NCBI GenBank assembly: GCA_964554235.1 | Contig: CAZKNU010000001.1 | Coordinates: 1-44,202, forward strand | DNA: 44,202 nt | Direction of reading: 5' to 3' | From: an uncultured Methanosarcinales archaeon | Lineage (GTDB): Archaea > Nanobdellota > Nanobdellia > Woesearchaeales > GW2011-AR9 | Shown: positions 33,978 to 43,189 of the stretch, in pieces | Numbering within the stretch: position 1 is the first letter of the stretch | Layout: every line of letters begins with the position of its first letter | Position numbers and translations under genes: made by a program | Notes under the pieces: model-generated | What the model saw: the letters and a program-made list of their open reading frames with translations, nothing else | Database searches by the model: none | Told to the model about the DNA's origin: nothing

Positions 33978-34290
33978 TGAATTTTTATAAGTTAAACTTA
34001 TAAATCAAGCAGATCATTATAAGAAGTCTTAATTTAAGAGGCTTTTTTATTTGTATTTAAAACGTTAAATGTAATCATTTAAACTTAGAATTAATTCTAT
34101 TAATTGATTATATTTAAGACTTAAAATGGAAAAGATAATTAATAACCCTATTTGTTTAATAACAAATAGCTAATAAAATTATTATCTAAATTAATTAATA
34201 ACTTTGTTTTTTAATTTGAAAGTTGTTTTAATTTGCTATTAATTGTTTTGTGAGTTACTTCAACTTTAAATACATCTTATTTTTATAAAA

Positions 34291-34458
34291 TAATATATAA
34301 TAAGAATGATAATGATAATAATAATAATAATGAATAATAATAGGTAATAATAGATAATAACTTATAATATTCTATTTATTTTCAATATAGAAAATAATAT
34401 ATAATAAAATATATCTTTATTATATTATTATTATTAATTATTACTAATTATTACTAAT
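34291..34458. repeat. AT-only simple-repeat block with strand switch (candidate duplex unwinding element)
   Basis: The left arm is rich in ataata/aataat (34291-34360). The right arm is the complementary tattat/attatt (34412-34458) and includes a perfect 10-nt tandem, aattattact x2, at 34436-34455. A central hairpin tattttc-aatata-gaaaata lies at 34377-34396. Confidence 0.6.
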
Positions 34459-34831
34459 AAACTTAAACTTAAATTAATTGTATTTTAATACTATCTCAAT
34501 AAGATTATTATACTTTTTAACAACACCTTAAGATTAACTTTTACTTTTGAATAATTTAACAGAATCATTGATTCAAATGATTTATTATTTTTAATTCAAA
34601 TGATATATTTTCTTTAATTTTTGATTATTATTATCTATTTACTACTTAATAATTTTAGAATAAGTATTTATAGTAGGCTTAGGTCATTTATCTTTATCTC
34701 CACACGCAAAGTTAATTATAAAACACCAACAATTAAACCTATAGTTATCAATTTATATCTCCTATCGTCAAATAATTTATTAAGGTTACATTCAACCAAA
34801 AATAGAACCTGTCTCAAGATTATTAAGCTAA

Positions 34832-34853
34832 GTTCCATCAGAAATAAGGGGGT
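34832..34853. promoter_or_regulatory. ORB-like half-dyad plus G-string (gttccatcagaaataagggggt)
   Basis: GTTCCA...GAAA followed by GGGGGT, 12 nt upstream of the orc1/cdc6 ATG. The G-run could instead be the Shine-Dalgarno element of orc1. Confidence 0.3.
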
Positions 34854-34864
34854 ATAGCTATTAA

Positions 34865-36067
34865 ATGTTAAAAATAAGCAGTTTTTTTGAAAAATATCTA
34901 AAAAAAGACACTTTTTTTACAAATAAAAACTGTTTATTATCTACTTATGTCCCTGATGAGATCTTTTATCGGGAAGAGCAAATTCAAGAAATTGCCAATA
35001 TTCTTGCTCCTGCTCTTAGGATTGAGAAACCTTCTAATTTGTTTATTTATGGTAAAACTGGAACTGGAAAGACTATTTCCGTTAGGCAAATCTTAACCTA
35101 CATGGAAAAAATAGCTCTAGAAAATAAAATAGCCCTCAAAACAGCATATATCAATTGTAAATTAAAACGGGTTGCAGATACAGAATACCGTTTAATAGCA
35201 CAATTAATTAAAGAATTTGGTCAAGAAGTCCCTCCTACAGGATTACCTACTGATGAAGTGTATAATACTTTTTACCAACTATTGGATCAAAAAAAACAGG
35301 TGGTCTTATTGGTGTTAGATGAAATTGATCAGCTTACTAAAAAAATAGGTGATGAAATTCTTTACAATTTAACCAGGATTAATACAGAATTAAAAAATTC
35401 CCAGCTTTGTTTGATCGGGATTTCTAATAATTTGGTTTTTGCAGAAAATTTAGATCCACGAGTCAAAAGCAGTCTTTCAGAAGAAGAAATTATTTTTCCT
35501 TCTTATAATGCTTTGCAGATCCAAGAGATCTTAAGAAGTAGGGCCAATCAAGCTTTCAAAGAAGGAACGGTTCAAGCAGGAGTAATTGAAAAATGTGCTG
35601 CTTATGCAGCTAGAGAACATGGTGATGCTCGTCGAGCTATTGATTTATTAAGGATTGCCGGCGAAGTTGCTGAAAGAAGTGGTGCACAAACCGTAGGAAT
35701 AGAGCATTTAGATGAAGCAGAGAAAAAAGTAGAATCTGATAAAGTTATCAATGCAGTTATAAATCAACCAAGACAATTTCAGTCAGTGTTATATGCAATC
35801 TTATTAATAACTCCTCAGAAAAAAAACTTTTTTACTGGAGAAATTTATGATGTTTATAAGAATCTTTGTAAACAGACTAAATTAAATATTCTTACTCAGC
35901 GAAGAGTTTCAGATATCTTAGCAGAATTTGATATGTTAGGAATAATAAATACAAAAATAATCTCAAAAGGGAGATATGGTCGCACTCGGGATATTTGTTT
36001 ATCTGTTGATGAAAATATAATTATTAAATTAAAAACCGTTCTTGAAAAATCTCTACAATTAGGGTGA
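34865..36067 (+). CDS. cdc6: Orc1/Cdc6 origin recognition / helicase loader protein
   Basis: Walker A GKTGTGKT, Walker B LVLDEID, and a C-terminal winged-helix region. 400 aa. Confidence 0.9.
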   Translation: MLKISSFFEKYLKKDTFFTNKNCLLSTYVPDEIFYREEQIQEIANILAPALRIEKPSNLFIYGKTGTGKTISVRQILTYMEKIALENKIALKTAYINCKLKRVADTEYRLIAQLIKEFGQEVPPTGLPTDEVYNTFYQLLDQKKQVVLLVLDEIDQLTKKIGDEILYNLTRINTELKNSQLCLIGISNNLVFAENLDPRVKSSLSEEEIIFPSYNALQIQEILRSRANQAFKEGTVQAGVIEKCAAYAAREHGDARRAIDLLRIAGEVAERSGAQTVGIEHLDEAEKKVESDKVINAVINQPRQFQSVLYAILLITPQKKNFFTGEIYDVYKNLCKQTKLNILTQRRVSDILAEFDMLGIINTKIISKGRYGRTRDICLSVDENIIIKLKTVLEKSLQLG

Positions 36068-36075
36068 TTTTTAAA

Positions 36076-37797
36076 ATGAACCCTCAACAAAAACTAATAG
36101 AAGAACTGTTTAATAAAGGTTTTCTGGTTAATAAAGACTTTTCTAAAGAGTTAAACCCTAGTCTTTTAGACAAACTTGAATGTGAAGAAGACCTTTTAGT
36201 TTTAAATGAAGATTATGTGGGCGTACTCACGCAACAAACTAGTTTGGTAGATTGGTACGATATTGATAGGTATAGGGTTGATGTTGAAAAAGAAAGAGAT
36301 GAAGAATTATACCAAGCCCATTTACAAAATTTTAAAGGAAATAATCTTAATTTTAATCTTTCTTTAGGGATTCAAAAGCAGCAAGTTTCTAATCTTAAAG
36401 TAGAGCTTGATAAAACTTCTTTAGCTTCTTCTAAAAGTAATTTTTCTACTTCCGCAGAATTTTTAGCAACCGATATTTCTTCTTTCTCTACTTCTGAGAA
36501 TTTAATCGCTCTGGCCGCTCCTCTAAATAATTTATCTTCCCCTCAGCGAGTTGAAATTATTATTTCTTATCAAAATATACCTCATAAATACGAAGTGGCA
36601 GATTTCACTACCCTTTTTTTATCCCGTTATCGTTTTTTAGAAAATATTTTACGTTATCGCTCAGAATGTCAAAATGTATTGGCTATTAGCCGCATTTTAT
36701 CCAAAAAAGAAAAAGAAACTGTTACAGTTTTAGGTTTGGTCGAAGAAATTAGCGAAACCCACAAAGGTAATTTAGCTATTACTTTAGAAGACCCCACTGG
36801 AAGAATAAAAATATTTTTTTCTAAAGAAAATCAGGAATTATTCCGTCAAGCCAAAGAATTAGTTTTTGATGAAGTGGTGGGGGTTTCAGGAGTTTTAGGT
36901 GAAAAAATAATCTTTGCAGAAAACCTTATCTGGCCTGATCTTCCCGTAAATCAACTCAAAAAAAGTGAACAAGATGAATATATTATTTTTTTATCAGACA
37001 TCCATTTAGGTTCAAATTTATTCTTAAAAGAAGAATTTAATAAATTTTTAAGTTGGATTAAAGGCAAAGTAGGTAATGAGCAACAGCGTGAAATCGCGCA
37101 TAAAGTTAAATATATTGTTATTGCCGGAGATTTAGTTGACGGAGTAGGGATTTACCCTACCCAAGCCGAAGAATTAGAAATCAAAGAAATTTCTGCCCAA
37201 TACGAACAATTTTGTAATTTAATTAAAGAAATCCCTTTAGATAAACAGATTATTATTTGTCCGGGTAATCACGATGCAGTGCATTTAGCAGAACCCCAAT
37301 CTTCTTTTGATAAAAATTTTGCCCCAGGATTATTTAAATTACCTAATGTTACTGTTGTCACCAACCCCGCGTTGGTTAATATTGGAAAAGCCCCCTCTTT
37401 TTCAGGGTTCAATGTTCTTCTTTACCATGGTTATAGTTTTGATTATTATGTTGCTAATGTAGAATCTATCCGTAATAACGGGGGGTATCACCGAGCAGAT
37501 TTGATTATGAAATTTTTATTAAAAAGAAGGCACCTGGCTCCTTCTTTTAAGTCCACTCCTTATTTTCCAGCGCATAAAGAAGACCCTTTATTAATTAAAA
37601 TTGTTCCTGATTTTTTTGTAAGCGGACATATTCATTATTCTAATATTTCCAACCACAAAGGCATAACTTTAGTTTGTGGCAGCTGTTGGCAAGGAAAAAC
37701 TTCATTCCAAGAAAAATTAGGTCATGAACCTGAACCAGCACGAGTGCCCATTGTAAATCTGAAAACCAGAGAAATAAAAGTATTAAAATTTATTTAA
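36076..37797 (+). CDS. polB: DNA polymerase II (PolD) small subunit DP1
   Basis: Calcineurin-like phosphoesterase motifs GDLVDG, GNHD and SGHIH, plus an OB-like middle region. The track uses GTG at 36064, overlapping the orc1 stop. I prefer ATG 36076, which has GGGTGA 9 nt upstream. The two starts differ by only 4 codons. Confidence 0.88.
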   Translation: MNPQQKLIEELFNKGFLVNKDFSKELNPSLLDKLECEEDLLVLNEDYVGVLTQQTSLVDWYDIDRYRVDVEKERDEELYQAHLQNFKGNNLNFNLSLGIQKQQVSNLKVELDKTSLASSKSNFSTSAEFLATDISSFSTSENLIALAAPLNNLSSPQRVEIIISYQNIPHKYEVADFTTLFLSRYRFLENILRYRSECQNVLAISRILSKKEKETVTVLGLVEEISETHKGNLAITLEDPTGRIKIFFSKENQELFRQAKELVFDEVVGVSGVLGEKIIFAENLIWPDLPVNQLKKSEQDEYIIFLSDIHLGSNLFLKEEFNKFLSWIKGKVGNEQQREIAHKVKYIVIAGDLVDGVGIYPTQAEELEIKEISAQYEQFCNLIKEIPLDKQIIICPGNHDAVHLAEPQSSFDKNFAPGLFKLPNVTVVTNPALVNIGKAPSFSGFNVLLYHGYSFDYYVANVESIRNNGGYHRADLIMKFLLKRRHLAPSFKSTPYFPAHKEDPLLIKIVPDFFVSGHIHYSNISNHKGITLVCGSCWQGKTSFQEKLGHEPEPARVPIVNLKTREIKVLKFI

Positions 37798-37806
37798 CTT
37801 AAAAAA

Positions 37807-40800
37807 ATGAAAACTTCAGTAAACATAAAAAAATATTTTGAAAAAATTGATAGCGATGTTAAACAGAGTTATGATTTAGCTACAACTGCGCGTAAAAAAG
37901 GCTTAGATGCAGAAGAAACGGTGTCCATCCCTTTAGCTAAAAATATGGCTGAACGGGTGGTCGGTTTAGTTTCTATTGCTGCCCCCCAATTAATGGGAAC
38001 AAATATAACTTCAAGAATAGCTGAATTGGAAAAAGAATATGGGTTATTGGATTGGAGAGTCGGTTTTAGAATTGCCGAAGAAGTAGCTAAAAAAACTTTT
38101 TGTACCTTTAAAGATCAACAAGAAGCAATGGAAGTAGGTATTCGCGTTGGTTTTGCATACTTAACTTTAGGGATTGTTTCTGCCCCTTTAGAAGGTTTTA
38201 TTGGTTTAGATATAAAAAAGAGAAAAGATGGAGTGGAATATTTTGCTTTAAAATATGCCGGACCAATCCGAGGAGCGGGGGGAACGGCAGCAGCCACTTC
38301 CGTCATTCTTGCGGATTATGTTCGGGTAAAAATGGGTTATGCTGCTTATGATCCCGACGAAAAAGAAATCAGCCGTTATGTTACTGAAATTCATGATTAT
38401 CATGAACGGGTAACCAATCTCCAATATTTTCCTTCTGATGAAGAACTTAAATTTATGGCTGCTCATTTGCCCGTAGAGATTGATGGTGACCCTACCGAAA
38501 CCTTTGAAGTATCTAATTATAAAGATCTACCCAGAATTAAAACTAATTTAATTCGGGGCGGGGTTGCTTTAGTGATGGCTGAAGGACTATGTCAAAAAGC
38601 TCTGAAATTATGGAAACGGCTCTCCAAATGGGGTCCAAGTTTAGGTTTAGAGTGGAGTTTTTTAGAACAATTTCTTAAAGTAAAAGAAAAAGTGCATACG
38701 GCTTCTTCTGATAAAAAAGAAGATGCACCAGCAGGCGGAAAGAAAGTAGTTAAGCCTAACAACACTTTCATTATGGATTTAGTTGCCGGTCGGCCCATCT
38801 TGACCCACCCTTTAGGGGTAGGAGGATTTCGTCTACGGTATGGTCGCACCCGCACTTCTGGTTTTTCTGCAGCAGCCTTACATCCCGCAACTTTAATTGT
38901 TTTAGAAAAATACATTGCCATTGGTACACAATTAAAAATGGAACGGCCGGGTAAAGGAGCCACGGTTACCGTTTGTGAAGTTCTGGAAGGGCCCATCGTT
39001 CGTTTAAATTCCGGAACAGTACTGCAATTAAAAACCGAAGAAGAAGCTCGGCAATACAACAAAGAAGTAGAAGAGGTTCTTTTTTTAGGTGATATTTTAT
39101 TTAACTATGGGGATTTTTCTGAAAATGGACAGAATTTAGTTCCGGCGGGTTATTGTCCAGAATGGTGGGCATTAGAATCAGAAAAAGCCATTTTTTCTTT
39201 ATTTCAGAAAGATCCGCTGCTTCATGCTGCAAAATTGTTAGGTTTAACCGAAGAACGCCTAACTGAATTAATTTATTCTCCATTACTTAGTTTTCCGACT
39301 GAAGAAGAAACTTTTAAAATTAGCACCAAATTAACCGTGCCCCTGCATCCAGACTACACTTTTTATTGGAAACTGGTTTCAGGAGAAGAAATCTTATTAT
39401 TAAGAAAATGGTTACAAGAAGGAAAAATTAAAACCGATGAGAAAGGAATTAAAAAAATAATTTTGCCTTTTGATAACCATAACGACTTACATCTAAAAGC
39501 TAAGAGTATCCTTAATTTTATTGGGGTTTTGCATGAAGTAATTAACAAAGAAAATATTATCCTTAATCGGAAACAAGCCGCTATTTTTTCCTGGAGTTTC
39601 AATTTTAAAACCCAAAAAGAGTTAGAACAAGTAGAATTAAACTTACTTTCAGCAGCAAAGAAAGACGGCTTAGAAATGATCAATTCTTTTAGTTGCTTTC
39701 CCATCAAAGATAAAGCAGGTACCTTCATAGGTGCACGCATGGGACGTCCAGAAAAAGCAAAAATGCGTCACCTTACCGGAAGTCCTCAGGTAATGTTTCC
39801 AGTCGGAGAAGAAGGAGGAAGGCTGCGCAGTTTTCAGTCCGCTTTAGAAACTGGAAAAATAAGAAGCACTTTTCCTTTTTATTATTGTTTAAACTGTAAA
39901 AAAGAAATGATTTATCCTCATTGTGAAGAATGTGGAGGAAAAAATCAGCAAAAATATTCCTGTCGGTTTTGTGGTGATTTAGAAAAAGAAACTTGCCGGC
40001 ACGGGCCTGCGAACACTTACAAAACTACGGATTTGGATATTCATTATTTTTTTAATAAAGCCCAAGCCAGACTTGGTGAAATTTCTGTTCCTGACTTGAT
40101 TAAAGGAGTTAGGGGTACGTCTAATAAAAGCCATTTTGTAGAGCATTTAGCTAAAGGCATCTTAAGGGCAAAACATAATATTTATGTCAATAAAGAAGGG
40201 ACTACCCGTTTTGACTGTACGGAATTGCCGATTACCCATTTTAAACCCAAAGAGATTAACACTTCTATTACAAAATTAAAAGAAATCGGATATCAAGAAG
40301 ACATTTATGGTCAAGAATTAAATGAAGATAACCAAGTCTTAGAATTAAAGCCGCAAGATCTTATTTTACCTGGGTTTGATTCTATTGAAGAGTCTGCACC
40401 AAAGGTATTATTTCGGGTGGCCAATTTTATTGATAATTTATTAGTTAAGTTTTATGGTTTAACCCCTTTTTATAATTTAAAAAAAGAAGAAGATTTAGTT
40501 GGTCATTTAGTCGTGGGCTTAGCACCGCACATTTCTGCAGGACTGATTGGTCGAATTATTGGGTTTTCCCAAACTCAAGGGTTGCTTGCCCACCCCATGT
40601 ACCATGCCGGCTTGAGGAGGGATTGTGATGGTGATGAAGCAGCAGTAATGCTATTGATGGATGCACTGTTAAATTTTTCCCGTCAATTTCTGCCCAATAC
40701 TCGCGGTTCAACTATGGATGCTCCTTTAGTTATTACTTCTGTACTTAATCCTGCAGAAATTGATGATCAGGTTCATGGAATGGACGTAGTCTGGAAATAT

Positions 40801-41394
40801 CCTTTAGAATTTTATGAAGCAACCCTGGAGATGAAGAAACCTTGGGAAGTCAAATCTGGAGTTGAGCAAAAGAAAGTCGAACTGCTTGCTGATCGTTTAG
40901 GCACTGAAAAACAATATGAAGGTTTTGGATTTACTCATCCCGTAGAAAATTTCAATAAAGGGGTACAATGTTCTGCATATAAAACCCTGCCTTCTATGGA
41001 AGAAAAATTATTTGGCCAAATGGAAATCGCCAAAAAAGTTCGGGCAGTCGACATGGACGATGTTGCTAAATTAGTCATTCAAAAACATTTTTTAAAAGAT
41101 ATTAAAGGGAATCTCCGTAAATTCTCTATGCAGCAATTTAGGTGTGTTAAATGCAATGCTAAATATCGCCGTCCACCATTAATCAACAAATGCAGCAGCT
41201 GTGGAGGGAAATTGATCTTTACAATTTCTCATGGCTCGGTTATTAAATATCTAGCTCCTTCATTAAAACTAGCCAAAAAGTATGATTTTTCGCCTTACTT
41301 AAAACAAAATTTATATTTATTGGAAGCAAACGTAGACCAGGTCTTTGGTCGGGAGAAAGACAAACAAGCGGGGTTAGGGGAATTTTTAAATTAA
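37807..41394 (+). CDS. polC: DNA polymerase II (PolD) large subunit DP2
   Basis: 1195 aa with the ARMGRPEKA motif and Cys clusters CLNC...CEEC and CVKC...CSSC. No intein-sized insertion. Confidence 0.92.
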   Translation: MKTSVNIKKYFEKIDSDVKQSYDLATTARKKGLDAEETVSIPLAKNMAERVVGLVSIAAPQLMGTNITSRIAELEKEYGLLDWRVGFRIAEEVAKKTFCTFKDQQEAMEVGIRVGFAYLTLGIVSAPLEGFIGLDIKKRKDGVEYFALKYAGPIRGAGGTAAATSVILADYVRVKMGYAAYDPDEKEISRYVTEIHDYHERVTNLQYFPSDEELKFMAAHLPVEIDGDPTETFEVSNYKDLPRIKTNLIRGGVALVMAEGLCQKALKLWKRLSKWGPSLGLEWSFLEQFLKVKEKVHTASSDKKEDAPAGGKKVVKPNNTFIMDLVAGRPILTHPLGVGGFRLRYGRTRTSGFSAAALHPATLIVLEKYIAIGTQLKMERPGKGATVTVCEVLEGPIVRLNSGTVLQLKTEEEARQYNKEVEEVLFLGDILFNYGDFSENGQNLVPAGYCPEWWALESEKAIFSLFQKDPLLHAAKLLGLTEERLTELIYSPLLSFPTEEETFKISTKLTVPLHPDYTFYWKLVSGEEILLLRKWLQEGKIKTDEKGIKKIILPFDNHNDLHLKAKSILNFIGVLHEVINKENIILNRKQAAIFSWSFNFKTQKELEQVELNLLSAAKKDGLEMINSFSCFPIKDKAGTFIGARMGRPEKAKMRHLTGSPQVMFPVGEEGGRLRSFQSALETGKIRSTFPFYYCLNCKKEMIYPHCEECGGKNQQKYSCRFCGDLEKETCRHGPANTYKTTDLDIHYFFNKAQARLGEISVPDLIKGVRGTSNKSHFVEHLAKGILRAKHNIYVNKEGTTRFDCTELPITHFKPKEINTSITKLKEIGYQEDIYGQELNEDNQVLELKPQDLILPGFDSIEESAPKVLFRVANFIDNLLVKFYGLTPFYNLKKEEDLVGHLVVGLAPHISAGLIGRIIGFSQTQGLLAHPMYHAGLRRDCDGDEAAVMLLMDALLNFSRQFLPNTRGSTMDAPLVITSVLNPAEIDDQVHGMDVVWKYPLEFYEATLEMKKPWEVKSGVEQKKVELLADRLGTEKQYEGFGFTHPVENFNKGVQCSAYKTLPSMEEKLFGQMEIAKKVRAVDMDDVAKLVIQKHFLKDIKGNLRKFSMQQFRCVKCNAKYRRPPLINKCSSCGGKLIFTISHGSVIKYLAPSLKLAKKYDFSPYLKQNLYLLEANVDQVFGREKDKQAGLGEFLN

Positions 41395-41422
41395 GAACGG
41401 AATCCGATTCAGGCCGGTTAAA

Positions 41423-41722
41423 TTAAAAGTCAACACAGACTTCGGCATGGGGTATTTTTTTTACATACAACACTTTTTCTTTACTAATTAAACCGAGATC
41501 TATGCCCAGGGTTACAGCCGCTGTTCCGGTTAAATGGAAATGTCTTGCTTTTTTGATTGTTTCCCGTACTTCTGCTTCATTTTTTTCTTGCCCTTGGTAA
41601 AATTTCTTAGTCAAATCTAATTGGGCTTTATCATCTTCAAATTTTTTACCTAAAATGTCGGCATCTGTAACTACCAGCAACATACCATTTTCATTATTTT
41701 TTCTAGAAACAATAAATTTCAT
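41423..41722 (-). CDS. DUF424-family small protein
   Basis: LLVVTDADILGKKFE...FYQG...IPHAE matches the DUF424 pattern as I remember it. It is adjacent to aIF2-beta, as is common. Confidence 0.5.
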   Translation of the reverse strand: MKFIVSRKNNENGMLLVVTDADILGKKFEDDKAQLDLTKKFYQGQEKNEAEVRETIKKARHFHLTGTAAVTLGIDLGLISKEKVLYVKKIPHAEVCVDF

Positions 41723-41724
41723 CT

Positions 41725-42132
41725 TTAAATGTTTTTAACTGGTTTTTTAGCTCCACAAGCGGAACATTTCAAGTAAGTAATTCCTTTTTCTTCAATCAAA
41801 CTGGTATCGGGCCGATTACATTCGGAACAAAATACAAATTCACTTACATATTTTTTAATTTTCTTATTAATGATTGAAGCAGCAACTTTTGTACCAAAAA
41901 TTGCTCTTTCTTTAACGTATTTGCCCGGAGTTGCTAATTCCCGAAGAAGATATTTTAATAAATGGTTTTCATCCCGCCGCAGGTCTTTCGCAATTTTTTT
42001 TAAATTAACCAGAACAGTTTTATTTCCTTCTAAATGTCCCATCACTTTTTCAACTACAAATCTTTCTTTACCTTGGACTTGTTCAGGCAGTTCTTCTTCA
42101 GCTTTTTTTAACAGTGCTCCATATTCATCCAT
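41725..42132 (-). CDS. eif2b: translation initiation factor aIF-2 beta subunit
   Basis: YGALLKKAEEELP...RF..., then a C-terminal zinc ribbon CSECNRPDT...CSACGA. 135 aa. Confidence 0.85.
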   Translation of the reverse strand: MDEYGALLKKAEEELPEQVQGKERFVVEKVMGHLEGNKTVLVNLKKIAKDLRRDENHLLKYLLRELATPGKYVKERAIFGTKVAASIINKKIKKYVSEFVFCSECNRPDTSLIEEKGITYLKCSACGAKKPVKNI

Positions 42133-42309
42133 TTTTAAAAGGATTTTTTGCGCATTTTATAAAGGTTTAGTCTTTTCCAATTTAATCCGATTTAAATGGT
42201 TTCTAACTTAGGGCTTAAAAATTAAAGGATTTCCGCAACTTTTATATATTCTACAAGCTTTAACTTATTTAATACTTAATGTTATTTAATTAAAAGAGGT
42301 GTACTAAAA

Positions 42310-42519
42310 ATGCCCGGTTTGGAATTAGCAGAAGTTATTCTTGCAGTAATAATTGGAACTTTAGCCGCAATTGTTTATTCCTTAAGAGTTCTTATTTTAA
42401 TGGAACGGAGAATTGCATCAATGGAATCTAACATCCAAAAGATTACTTCAAAGGTTTTAAAACAAGAAATGAGTCTCCAAAGGTCTATTTCGCGAAAACT
42501 CAATAAAGGAAAAAGATAA
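42310..42519 (+). CDS. small single-TM hypothetical protein
   Basis: A GAGGTG Shine-Dalgarno-like element lies 9 nt upstream. The N-terminal TM helix is AEVILAVIIGTLAAIVYSL, followed by a basic tail. No family recognised. Confidence 0.35.
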   Translation: MPGLELAEVILAVIIGTLAAIVYSLRVLILMERRIASMESNIQKITSKVLKQEMSLQRSISRKLNKGKR

Positions 42520-42520
42520 A

Positions 42521-43189
42521 CTATTTTTTTCTTCGTAAAAGATTTTTTGGTTTCTTTTTAATTTTAATAATTTTTGTCTTAATTTCTTTCTTTTTAGCTT
42601 TTATCGTTTTTTTAATTATACTTTTCTTTTTAGTTTCTTTCTTGCGTACTTTTATCATTTTTCGCTTAATTTTTCTTTGCTCTTTAGCTAACTCTAATTC
42701 TTCTTTTAAGTGAGCAATCTCTTTATTGATTTTTTCAATTCTTCCTTTGTTTTCATCCTGGGCAATTAATTCGCCGCATTCAGGACAATGAAATTCAAAA
42801 TCAACGGCCTGATCAAAATTAAGCCGGATACAATTGTTTGGACAAATAAAAAAGATTTCTTGGTTTTCCTCTTCCAATCTTTGCTGAAGTCTTTCTAAAA
42901 GTTCTTTTTTTCTTTTAAAATAATTAAATTTAATACTTTCCGGAAGCAAGGTCCAATAATAAATATACCACCCTTTTTGCTTGTCTTTTTTTCTGGTAAA
43001 ACTAATTAAATTCTGGTTGTATAATAAATAGAGCATCTTTCGAACTACTTTGATATCTTTCTTGGTTTTAGTTGCCAGTTCAAATTCAGAAACATTTTCT
43101 CTTCCGGTTAACTCTTTTATCAAAGGCAGCCCAGCTTCACCTAGAACGGAAATCATAATTTCTTCGATTTTTTTGGGAGTTAGGCGCAT
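42521..43189 (-). CDS. tfe: transcription factor E alpha (TFE) with Lys-rich C-terminal tail
   Basis: N-terminal winged helix (...VRKMLYLLYNQNLISFTRKKDKQKGWYIYYWTL), zinc ribbon CPNNC...CPECG, then about 55 residues that are mostly K/I/R. Confidence 0.75.
   Translation of the reverse strand: MRLTPKKIEEIMISVLGEAGLPLIKELTGRENVSEFELATKTKKDIKVVRKMLYLLYNQNLISFTRKKDKQKGWYIYYWTLLPESIKFNYFKRKKELLERLQQRLEEENQEIFFICPNNCIRLNFDQAVDFEFHCPECGELIAQDENKGRIEKINKEIAHLKEELELAKEQRKIKRKMIKVRKKETKKKSIIKKTIKAKKKEIKTKIIKIKKKPKNLLRRKK

Larger units (their letters stand above)
33687..34864. other. predicted chromosomal replication origin (oriC) region
   Basis: A 1.18-kb non-coding, extremely AT-rich spacer directly upstream of orc1/cdc6-polD. 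It contains TTCC-N3-GGAA dyads, several perfect palindromes and a strand-switching (ATA)n/(TAT)n block. Confidence 0.5.

Noticed and set aside
34291-34460. Possible CRISPR array or minisatellite in the AT-rich block
   Set aside because: There are no regularly spaced repeats of 24-40 nt with unique spacers, only 3-10-nt A/T simple repeats. No cas genes are in the window.
34848-34852. GGGGG run upstream of orc1, taken as the ORB G-string
   Set aside because: This is only partly rejected. G-rich runs (GGGGGT, GGGGGGAG, GAGGTG) also precede the tbp, SAMP and 42310 start codons and match the anti-Shine-Dalgarno sequence. The run may simply be the orc1 ribosome-binding site, so the ORB call is kept at low confidence.
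34621-34857. 78-aa ORF in the AT-rich spacer upstream of orc1/cdc6
   Set aside because: Its translation is Ile/Leu/Asn/Tyr low-complexity from AT-only DNA. It begins with a non-ATG codon in the track and overlaps repeats and palindromes. It is treated as non-coding origin DNA.
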